Shown here in pieces: positions 30,594 to 38,914 of a stretch of DNA of 64,000 nucleotides. Source of the stretch: an uncultured Desulfosarcina sp. (lineage in GTDB: Bacteria > Desulfobacterota > Desulfobacteria > Desulfobacterales > Desulfosarcinaceae); the NCBI GenBank assembly GCA_963674945.2, contig CAXXWQ010000003.1, positions 1,696,001-1,760,000 of the forward strand. The letters run 5' to 3'. Within the stretch, counting starts at the first letter, position 1; each line of letters opens with the position of its first letter. The notes under the pieces were generated by a model. It did not search any database. It was given only the letters and a program-made list of their open reading frames with translations, and was not told where the DNA came from. Position numbers and translations under genes: made by a program.

Positions 30594-31841
30594 ATGAATG
30601 AAGGAGAGATGAAGATCGGCATAAATGGACTCGGCCGAATTGGAAAACTCACCGCCTGGCACCATGTGGGTAGGCGCTACTTCAATGAAATCGTAGTCAA
30701 CATCGGCAGACAGGCGGGAACCGGCCTCGCCGATATCGCCCACTACCTGGAACGGGATTCGACATACGGCGCATTGCATACCTTTTTGCACGGCCAATCT
30801 GCTGAACCGGTGATCACAGATGTAGACGAAGCGTCGGGAACCATGGTTGTGGATGGTATCACCGTCCGTTTTCTGCGAAGCGCCCGATCTCCGAAGGATA
30901 TTGACTGGAAATCCCATGGCGTGAGACTCGTTGTGGAAACCACAGGACAGTTTTTGGATCCGACCTTGCCAGCGGATCACGCCAAAGGCTCGGTTCGCGG
31001 GCATCTGGAGGCCGGTGCCGAAAAGGTGGTGGTCTCCGCCCCCTTCAAGATAAAGCAGGATGGCGCCCCCATACCCGAAGATGCCATCACCACGGTCATG
31101 GGTATCAATGCAAACGACTACGACCCGCGCCGTCACCGAATCATCTCCAATGCGTCGTGCACGACCACCTGTCTGGCCCACATGATGAAGCCCCTGATAA
31201 ACGCCTTCGGCGCCAATCGAATCTTGTCGGCCTCCATGACGACGGTACATGCGGCCACCGGTTCCCAGCAGGTATTGGACCGCCTTCCCAAATCGGGAAA
31301 AACCGATTTGAGGAAAAACCGTTCAATTCTGAACAATATTATTCTCACCTCCACCGGTGCGGCAAAGGCCCTACGGTTGGTCATTCCCGAGATGGAGCAA
31401 ATCGGGTTCATTGCCGAATCGGTAAGGGTGCCCGTCAGTTCGGGATCTCTGATCATCCTTGTTCTCAGCATCCAGGAAAGCCCATCGGAAGCGCCCATTC
31501 GCAAGGATGTGATCAACAGCGTGTACGAACAGGCCGCACAGCTGGACCCCAAAAAATACCTCCAATATTCTCATAAGCAGAATGTATCCGGAGATATCCT
31601 GGGCACCCCACGGGCCGCCACCGTCATCGAAGGGAAAGAAACCCATACCAGAACGGCGGACCTGAGTCTGGACCTGGCCAGTATTCCCGGTTTTTCCCAA
31701 ACCGTGCTCGACAGTCTCAAGGAGACAATGGTACACGCACCCGTGACCCAGGCCGTCATCTATGGCTGGTATGACAACGAGATGGGCAGCTATGTGAACA
31801 TGCTCGGAGACCGAACGGTCACCGTCGCCGAAAACCTGTGA
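30594..31841 (+). CDS. gap: Glyceraldehyde-3-phosphate dehydrogenase family, divergent type I
   Basis: INGLGRIGK, SNASCTT, TVHA, STGAAKA, RVP, WYDNE. Confidence 0.85.
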   Translation: MNEGEMKIGINGLGRIGKLTAWHHVGRRYFNEIVVNIGRQAGTGLADIAHYLERDSTYGALHTFLHGQSAEPVITDVDEASGTMVVDGITVRFLRSARSPKDIDWKSHGVRLVVETTGQFLDPTLPADHAKGSVRGHLEAGAEKVVVSAPFKIKQDGAPIPEDAITTVMGINANDYDPRRHRIISNASCTTTCLAHMMKPLINAFGANRILSASMTTVHAATGSQQVLDRLPKSGKTDLRKNRSILNNIILTSTGAAKALRLVIPEMEQIGFIAESVRVPVSSGSLIILVLSIQESPSEAPIRKDVINSVYEQAAQLDPKKYLQYSHKQNVSGDILGTPRAATVIEGKETHTRTADLSLDLASIPGFSQTVLDSLKETMVHAPVTQAVIYGWYDNEMGSYVNMLGDRTVTVAENL

Positions 31842-31984
31842 GCTTTTATGTCGGGAAAATTTTCGTAAAAATGTAAAACGCCCGGTTTCGGAACTTGACG
31901 ATATCCCAGGTGGGAACCTATACTGATGGCAACATATGGAAGGTTAACGGTGCCGGGCCGAATTGCCCGTGCGAGGGCGAAAAC

Positions 31985-32170
31985 ATGAAGGATCTCCCCG
32001 ACACAACACACGACGAATGCATCTGCGCAGATATCCCCAAGGCATTGTACAACCGCGTTTCGGATTACTGCCGCGCCACCGGCATTACACCCAAAGAATT
32101 CATTATCGATGCCATCAGTGAAAAACTGTCGTCCATCCACAGGGAACGGCGACGCAAGCCCAGGCTATAA
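31985..32170 (+). CDS. Small ribbon-helix-helix-like protein
   Basis: ICADIPKALYNRVSDYC..TGIT..EFIIDAISEKL pattern; GAGGG RBS. Confidence 0.55.
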   Translation: MKDLPDTTHDECICADIPKALYNRVSDYCRATGITPKEFIIDAISEKLSSIHRERRRKPRL

Positions 32171-32318
32171 AAACGGGTCGCCACCATATTTTCACCAGGA
32201 CGCACCTTTTGTATCCCGCGACGTACCGAAATCGAATCATGATCGGTATCCAATCGAAAGCACCAGGATCGGTCGAGATCTCTTCGCGTCTTGGCGTTGC
32301 AGCAGCCGCCGCCTCAAG

Positions 32319-32987
32319 ATGAATTGGATCGTTTGCCTTGTGGTCGTCCTTTTTACTGGTGGTTGCAGCAGCACCCAGCTGGCCAATTTTCAGCGGCATG
32401 CGGCAAGGGAAGATTTCCAATGGATCGCGGACCAACCCATCTCCTGCGACAACGTCGGTAACATTTGCGGACGTCTCTACCTGATCCGGGGCGATGCATG
32501 CTTTCACCTGGCGAAAGCCAGCCAAGATCCCTTTGAATACCACGATTGTGCGGCTGATGCCTATTACCGGGGATTGTCATTGATGCCTGTCATGACCGAT
32601 AAAAAACTTCACAGGAGGTATCTGGAAAACCTGTGCGAATCCCTGTCTCATCTTAAAGACACGGCGCTTGACGGCAAAAAAACCGACTGTGCGGCCCGAC
32701 TCATGGAGACGGCCGAGCATCTCTATCAATTGGCACCGGAGGCTGCATCGGGGCATTACTACCTTTTCAAGGGCCGGCTCCTTTCAATGGGATCAACAAT
32801 CCAGGCAGGCCATATCGCCAACCGTTCCATGGTCTGTATCCGGCTCCAACGAAACCTTCTCGGTGTTTTGTCGATGATGGAAACGGCAAAAAATCAACCA
32901 CCACCGGACTGGGATCGGTTTTCCCAAAAATTTGAACGGCTCGCTTTTGATCTGGGAAATGTTCTGAAGGAAGCCGGATGCAACTGA
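32319..32987 (+). CDS. Hypothetical helical lipoprotein
   Basis: Hydrophobic N-terminus with FTGGC lipobox; Cys-rich helical mature part. Confidence 0.6.
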   Translation: MNWIVCLVVVLFTGGCSSTQLANFQRHAAREDFQWIADQPISCDNVGNICGRLYLIRGDACFHLAKASQDPFEYHDCAADAYYRGLSLMPVMTDKKLHRRYLENLCESLSHLKDTALDGKKTDCAARLMETAEHLYQLAPEAASGHYYLFKGRLLSMGSTIQAGHIANRSMVCIRLQRNLLGVLSMMETAKNQPPPDWDRFSQKFERLAFDLGNVLKEAGCN

Positions 32988-33158
32988 GATTTGCCGTTCT
33001 TCAGACTTGATCCGCAACAAAAAACAGGGTATTTGCATCAACAATCTCCTATATTTCCCCTGCCTTTTCGGCGGGGAAGATACAAAAAATTGGTTTTTCT
33101 GATCAGACCCCATTACAAGTGGGAGGACACACCCTACCCGGTTTTTGAAAGGATGCAC

Positions 33159-33335
33159 ATGAACGCCCCCAATGAAACGATCTCCTGCAGTGATGATACC
33201 CAACAGATCACCATCCACCTCCCCTGCCGACTCGCCGAACGAATCGAGAAATATGCCGGAAAAAACGAAAATACGGTCACCGGCGTCATCATCGAGGCAT
33301 TGGACACCTTCCTGCGCAATCGAAAATCGGAATAA
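33159..33335 (+). CDS. Small ribbon-helix-helix-like protein
   Basis: ITIHLPCRLAERIEKYA..NTVTGVIIEALDTFL; AAGGA RBS. Confidence 0.6.
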   Translation: MNAPNETISCSDDTQQITIHLPCRLAERIEKYAGKNENTVTGVIIEALDTFLRNRKSE

Positions 33336-33392
33336 TCCGTTTTCACGAAACTCTCCGACATATGTACAATCGTATGATCCATAGCCAAGGCA

Positions 33393-36001
33393 AGCGGTTC
33401 GCCTTTAGCCATTCGCTGTTAGCGCTTATCTGTTGCGCATCAATCGATAGCTCGATTGCAACACATTCAGAACACTGCATCTCCGGGAAAACTATGTGAC
33501 ACCTCCGGCATGATTTGAGGTGCTGCAGCCATTTAGTTCGAATATCATTTGCAGCTCGGTACCGGGGTATTTTACCTGCGCACTGTTCAGATGCGCAAAC
33601 AGTTGGCAAAGAGCCCGATTGGCCGCTGGGAACGAAGCGCCGTGCAATCGTATATTCAATTGCTGATTTTCAATATCGGGCAGTACATCGCCTTCGGTCT
33701 GGAACAGTGTCTGGAGAAGACTCCGTGCATCCGACGAGTTTACCGTCGGACCCGTGAGCAACCCAACCATTGCCGTCTCTGCACGATATGCAATCATACG
33801 AACCGTGTCCATCAGGCGTTTTCTGCCCGGTTGTAAACGTAAAAATTTATCTTTTGCTTCAAGTTCTCCCCACGTGATGTGTTTACTTGTCTGTTTTCGT
33901 TTTTCTTTCAACTCGCTGAGTTGATACTCCATCTTTTCGATTTCTTCTAACAGCTCGGCCTTTTTCTCTATCCACTTCTTAAACTTTACCGGTTTGTCTT
34001 CATTTTCAGGGTGAATGGTCATCTCGGCAAAACAGGCACGACGATATCGTAGCTTGTTCTGCAACGAATTACGGGATTGATTCAATTGCCGCCAAACGGG
34101 GTTGATTACCCGTTCGGTATCAGGAAATTCAACGACACCATAATCTAAAAGCACATCGATATCAAAATGTTGCATCATATAGTTGAAAAAGTTTTCCTGA
34201 CACCACCGGCTGAACATGCGTGCTGCCAATTGAGTATGCGGCAAATCGAAAGCGGTGCTGATTACGCTGGTCTGGTGTCCGGAATCGGTCAGTTTTCGCA
34301 CTTGTCGCATCCATGTTGCACCCTTACCAGATCCCACCAAACTACCCATTTCGCAAAGCCGCATCTTCACCACCTCTTTGTTTGGCATCGCAACTTCATA
34401 CTCGGTGAACCAATGCTCCGGCCATGATTCACCAGGATGCTTATGATACGTCATGCAGCCGATTCGATGGCGATCCCACATTTCCTTGAAGAATGCGGGA
34501 CTATATCCTTCCCTGTCGAAAACAAGAACGAACCGGCATAAACATGGGTTCTCTTGTAGTTGCTGCAAACCGGGTTGATTCGGAACGTCTTGCAACAACC
34601 GGGGAACGATATCGTCTCTTAAAACCGCCAATAATCCAGGATCGATCTGCTTTTCGACGACAAAAAAAGGTCGGCCAATCGCATCGTTAACCCAATAGTC
34701 GGTAATGCCCCTCATGCACAATCGTTCCCGGGACACGTAGCGGCGCGGTAGTCGGGTCAATTTTCCATGATAAACACGTACATGCCCGTCAACATAAAGC
34801 GCGCCAACCGATTCGGGCGCCTGTTCCATCCAGTATTTACCGAGGTATGCGGCCCACTTTTCCGCGCCGTGGTCTGCGCTCAACGCATCCATCTTGTAAC
34901 GCAAACAGCGAACCTCCGGTGCACGATCCAAGCCCAATAACTTACCAAATTCTCCCGGAGCATGGCCTCGTATTTTTTCTGTCGTCTTGATCCTGCATAA
35001 GGCCATAAACGAAAGCAGCAACAAGACATGAAAGATCGTGTAATAGCCTTTGACTTGGCCGAGGAACTGTTTTGCGCCGGTAAACAACCCGTTTGCCACC
35101 AATGACGGTATCGCACAAAGAACGCCTGCTTTGGGAACGTCCAGGCATCTGTCAAAACGAACCGGCGCACCAACCATTTTGCCCAATGATGCCAATATGC
35201 GTTCCCCGACTCGGTTGCAAGCCGTCCCCATACCATCGGCAGCAGCCATGTCGACCATGTCCCGATCTGATTTGGTTAGACACGGTTCACCAATCCTTGA
35301 TTCGATTAACCGACCATCATCTATAGCTTTGCGAAACGTATCGTATTTAATGCCAAGTTCCAGGGCGGCATCTTTTTTCGAGCACCCTTGATCCAGTAAA
35401 CGTTGGGCTTGTTCAAGCACCTCAGGTTTGAAAACCTTGCCGCCGCGTCGTCCCCGCCGCTGAACGAAAAATGCCTCGGCGCCGCCGGACCTGAGTTTGT
35501 TCACGAATCGGATGACATTGCTCTTGGATACGCCGAATGTGTTTTGGATATCGATCTGGCGGCAAGCTCCGGATTCAACCAGTTGGGCTGTTATCATCCG
35601 AAACATTCGTTGATCGCCTTGTCTGTGAGAATAAATCGGAACGGTCGATAGAAAATAGGTCCAGGTCGTATCGTCACGAAATACACTGACAAGCCCGTTG
35701 ATTTGTCTTGCACCGCGAGGAATAAGTGGTAGTATCTGTTGAGGCATGGCATCCTTTTCCTTTCATTTATCCGCCAAGATAATAAGGTTAAAGGTGCCAT
35801 GTTCATTTTCCGGTTGCAATACCTTACCGGCCTGCTGGATTCAGACTCCTATCTTTCTGTTTTTCAACCACTTACATTATGTTTTGCTTGCCATATGCAA
35901 CAATTAGGAAATCAAGTTTCCTGACATTGGGATAAATGAAAATAATCGGTCTATTCTTTGAAATTTTGCCGCCAATGGCTGACAGCTAACGGCGAATCGC
36001 T
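33393..36001 (-). mobile_element. Insertion sequence (~2.6 kb) with imperfect terminal inverted repeats
   Basis: Left AGCGGTTCGCCTTTAGC vs right reverse complement AGCGATTCGCCGTTAGC (15/17), weaker similarity to ~32 bp; encloses transposase; no clear target duplication. Confidence 0.7.
33492..35747 (-). CDS. Large DDE-type transposase
   Basis: N-terminal HTH-like segments; YVDGH, VFDREG, RWCQENFF candidate D-D-E residues. Confidence 0.8.
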   Translation of the reverse strand: MPQQILPLIPRGARQINGLVSVFRDDTTWTYFLSTVPIYSHRQGDQRMFRMITAQLVESGACRQIDIQNTFGVSKSNVIRFVNKLRSGGAEAFFVQRRGRRGGKVFKPEVLEQAQRLLDQGCSKKDAALELGIKYDTFRKAIDDGRLIESRIGEPCLTKSDRDMVDMAAADGMGTACNRVGERILASLGKMVGAPVRFDRCLDVPKAGVLCAIPSLVANGLFTGAKQFLGQVKGYYTIFHVLLLLSFMALCRIKTTEKIRGHAPGEFGKLLGLDRAPEVRCLRYKMDALSADHGAEKWAAYLGKYWMEQAPESVGALYVDGHVRVYHGKLTRLPRRYVSRERLCMRGITDYWVNDAIGRPFFVVEKQIDPGLLAVLRDDIVPRLLQDVPNQPGLQQLQENPCLCRFVLVFDREGYSPAFFKEMWDRHRIGCMTYHKHPGESWPEHWFTEYEVAMPNKEVVKMRLCEMGSLVGSGKGATWMRQVRKLTDSGHQTSVISTAFDLPHTQLAARMFSRWCQENFFNYMMQHFDIDVLLDYGVVEFPDTERVINPVWRQLNQSRNSLQNKLRYRRACFAEMTIHPENEDKPVKFKKWIEKKAELLEEIEKMEYQLSELKEKRKQTSKHITWGELEAKDKFLRLQPGRKRLMDTVRMIAYRAETAMVGLLTGPTVNSSDARSLLQTLFQTEGDVLPDIENQQLNIRLHGASFPAANRALCQLFAHLNSAQVKYPGTELQMIFELNGCSTSNHAGGVT

Positions 36002-36035
36002 CAATGTATGTAGTGATTTGAAAGACCTGCGTTCT

Positions 36036-37346
36036 TTACGTCGAAGGGCAGGCGAGTGGATCGGATAGTTCCAGTGTAAAGGCTTGTTCGAATTCAAATC
36101 GATCCTTTAAAACCCCGCTCAAGATTTCGAAAAATGAAACGAACGAAGCCTTTTGGCAGAAAAATGGAAGGTTATACCAGGTAAAACGAAACAACCGCTT
36201 GTTCTCCCTGTAAATCTCAAACGCATTGCCAATGCTTCCCACACGCCCCCATTTCACAAACATGTCCCGCAATACGGCAATTTCCCAGTCGTCGATTTGG
36301 AAAAACAGTTTGTGACCATAGCGGTAAAGGATGAAAGTATGTCCGCGCCCTGACGAAAACGCGCCTTGGACAGGCATCTCGTCATCGACGGAATATTGCT
36401 TGCCCGTAAGTGATGCCTTCAATGGATCGAACTCAATGGTCCCTTTCCCTTTGTCCACATCCTTCAGGTACACGGCATGGAGGACACCCGGACGGCGATG
36501 CGCAAATGAGGCGAACACCACTTTGATCTCAGGCAAAATCCGCATCGTAAAACGGAAACAGTATGAAAAAACCAAAAGTGTGGGAAGCAATACCGCCATG
36601 CAAGCCATTGCCCAATGCCAGATTGGTGGAAAGAGAATTCGGACGGCGGCGGCGGCCAAAAGGTTCGTGGGAAGGGCGAAACCGAGGATCTTTCCTACCA
36701 TCCCCCTGGACAGGTAGAGATAACGTGTGATGCCGAAAATACGACACAATGCCGAAACGACCATCGCAGCCGAAAATCCGATTACGGTGAGCATTGGGGG
36801 AAAAATGAGAAGATCCCTTCCGAGCACCATCTCCATCAGTTTCGCCCGTTCGGGGAAATAGACCATATAGTATCGGCCGACCGGACTGGCAATGTAAGCG
36901 TACCAGGCGACTTTGCAGAGCAGAAACACAATCGTAACCACCACTGAGACCACACACAGCAGGACAACGGCCTCGAGAAAGGTCCGAACCACGGATCGAA
37001 GATAGGCCAGTCCGGCAGCCTTGAAGGAAGTGACAGGGGAAAAGGTCGCTCTTTTCGTTCTGGTAAACGATTCCGTATCGATACGGACGCCGTTTTGGCG
37101 GATTTGCCGCATCAACGAAACCCCGAGGATCCCCGAAAGAAGCGACGCCACCATAAGAAGCCACAATCGAAAATCCATGGACCATGCATTTATCGGAATC
37201 TGCAGCGCCTGATCCAGTTTGTGGGAGATTTCACGCAATGCGCTGCCGTCGATTCTCGAAAAAAGGATTCGCAGCGGTTCTTCCACCGTTATGGTGACCA
37301 TTTCCATGAGTTCGTTTAAAGGGGCTGGTGTCTGCATGGGTGGCAA
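36036..37346 (-). CDS. Hypothetical multi-pass membrane protein with soluble C-terminal domain
   Basis: 436-aa ORF with several hydrophobic helices. Confidence 0.6.
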   Translation of the reverse strand: MPPMQTPAPLNELMEMVTITVEEPLRILFSRIDGSALREISHKLDQALQIPINAWSMDFRLWLLMVASLLSGILGVSLMRQIRQNGVRIDTESFTRTKRATFSPVTSFKAAGLAYLRSVVRTFLEAVVLLCVVSVVVTIVFLLCKVAWYAYIASPVGRYYMVYFPERAKLMEMVLGRDLLIFPPMLTVIGFSAAMVVSALCRIFGITRYLYLSRGMVGKILGFALPTNLLAAAAVRILFPPIWHWAMACMAVLLPTLLVFSYCFRFTMRILPEIKVVFASFAHRRPGVLHAVYLKDVDKGKGTIEFDPLKASLTGKQYSVDDEMPVQGAFSSGRGHTFILYRYGHKLFFQIDDWEIAVLRDMFVKWGRVGSIGNAFEIYRENKRLFRFTWYNLPFFCQKASFVSFFEILSGVLKDRFEFEQAFTLELSDPLACPST

Positions 37347-37387
37347 TACCGATTTTCCAGTCCATTGCGGCTGTGGTAAAAAAATGC

Positions 37388-38764
37388 TTAAAATCCGATC
37401 ACCTTGTCAACGTTTTTCGCGCGATCCAGGTTGAGGGCGTTTTCGAGATTTGCATTGGAAAAATTGGCGTGTTCCAGATCGGCATTTCGAAAATTGGCTC
37501 CGCGCAGTATGGAGTGTTGGAAATTGGCATTGTTCAACTTGGCATCGGTAAAGGTGCAACCGACAAGATTCAAACGTGAAAAGTTTGAACCGGACAGATC
37601 ACAACCGGAGAAATTCGTTCCGTACAGGGCAACCTTTCGTAAATTCAAATTGGACAACTGGGAACCGGCAAGGTTGGTGTTGTTCATGTTGACATTGTTG
37701 ATGTTCGCCATGCGCAGGTCGACTCCCTGCAAATCGCATTCCCCCAGGTTGACGTTTTTGATGAAGGCGCCGGAAAGATTTGCACCACGAAAATTGGTCG
37801 TCTGCGTTTTGGCGCTGTCGATTGTCGCTTTGGAGAGATCGGCGCCGGACAGATTCGCCTTAATCAGTGTCGCTTGACGCAAGCTGGCGCCGGAAAGGTT
37901 CGCCTTTTCCAAATCGGCATAGGAGAGGTTGGTGCGGAAAAAATTGCAGTTGGACAGATTGGAACTGACGAATTTGTAGCCTCTCAGATACATTCCGGAA
38001 AAATCTACCCCGGTGAGATCCATATTGGCGAGGTCAACCCCTGTCAGGTCGGTTGTTTTCAACAATGCCCCGGACATGTCCGAATGTTCTACGATGGCAT
38101 TTTTCAAGTTGGCCCCACGGAAGTCGCAGTTGGATAGATTGCTGTGAACCATGAATGCATTTTCGAAGTTTACGCCGGTAAAATTTCTCCCGGACAGGTC
38201 GATTCCACTCAAATTTTTCCCGTAGAAATTTTTCGTGGTTTTTAAAATTCTATCGATGTCCTTTCCATCCAGGGGCTCATTGGCCATTCGATCACTGAGA
38301 CGATTCTCCTTTTTGTATTGGGAGGCCCAAGTGAATTTTTCGATGGTGATATGCGTAAAATCCGACAGATCATTTCCATAGCTGTCTTTTACCGTTGCCG
38401 TAATGGTGTGCGCCCCCTCGGACAATTGGGCGTAGTTGAACATTGCTTCGGATCCGATGACACCATCGATATTGGAATTCCACTTCACCGCCTGGCCGAT
38501 AACGTTGCCCGTATCGTCAACCGCCTTGAAATGGATCTCTTCCCCATGATAATGGGATTGTCCATTTACCGGACTCTCCACGACGATAACGATGGGCCCA
38601 TCGTCAACCGAGACCGAAGTCGTGACCGGTTCCTCGCTCTGCCAGCATCCGGCAACAGCAAAAAGTAGAAAAACACTGATAAATTCAAATATCCGTTTTG
38701 CGTGATGAATTTTTCGTAACAATGCTTCCAACCCCTTTTCAATGATTGATGAACGTGTTTTCAA
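37388..38764 (-). CDS. Lipoprotein with Ig-like domain and long pentapeptide-repeat region
   Basis: AVAGC lipobox; W.SNIDG..G..LSEGAHTITATV; many A(N/D)L(S/R)x pentapeptides; start uncertain. Confidence 0.85.
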   Translation of the reverse strand: MKTRSSIIEKGLEALLRKIHHAKRIFEFISVFLLFAVAGCWQSEEPVTTSVSVDDGPIVIVVESPVNGQSHYHGEEIHFKAVDDTGNVIGQAVKWNSNIDGVIGSEAMFNYAQLSEGAHTITATVKDSYGNDLSDFTHITIEKFTWASQYKKENRLSDRMANEPLDGKDIDRILKTTKNFYGKNLSGIDLSGRNFTGVNFENAFMVHSNLSNCDFRGANLKNAIVEHSDMSGALLKTTDLTGVDLANMDLTGVDFSGMYLRGYKFVSSNLSNCNFFRTNLSYADLEKANLSGASLRQATLIKANLSGADLSKATIDSAKTQTTNFRGANLSGAFIKNVNLGECDLQGVDLRMANINNVNMNNTNLAGSQLSNLNLRKVALYGTNFSGCDLSGSNFSRLNLVGCTFTDAKLNNANFQHSILRGANFRNADLEHANFSNANLENALNLDRAKNVDKVIGF

Positions 38765-38914
38765 TCAAGGTTCGGTGATGACGGGAAGATCGCGTAAAAT
38801 TCAGAGGCCATTTTCAGTAAAAAGTGGAGACGCGATCACAGCGTCAAACGCTTTTACGATTATATTGGCCGATCCTCAAAAACCTTTAGACGCATTCGTA
38901 ATAATGAATATGTC

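Noticed and set aside
29288..30652. 454-aa antisense ORF (and similar long shadows such as 28319-29218, 47749-48780, 30477-31250)
   Set aside because: Lie opposite well-supported genes and have no recognisable motifs; typical codon-bias shadows
33338..33357. GTTTTCACGAAACTCTC as another repeat-element end
   Set aside because: Short and too degenerate relative to TTTTTACGAAGCCGTC
37400..38220. Periodic 15-nt DNA pattern
   Set aside because: Fully explained by the coding pentapeptide repeats
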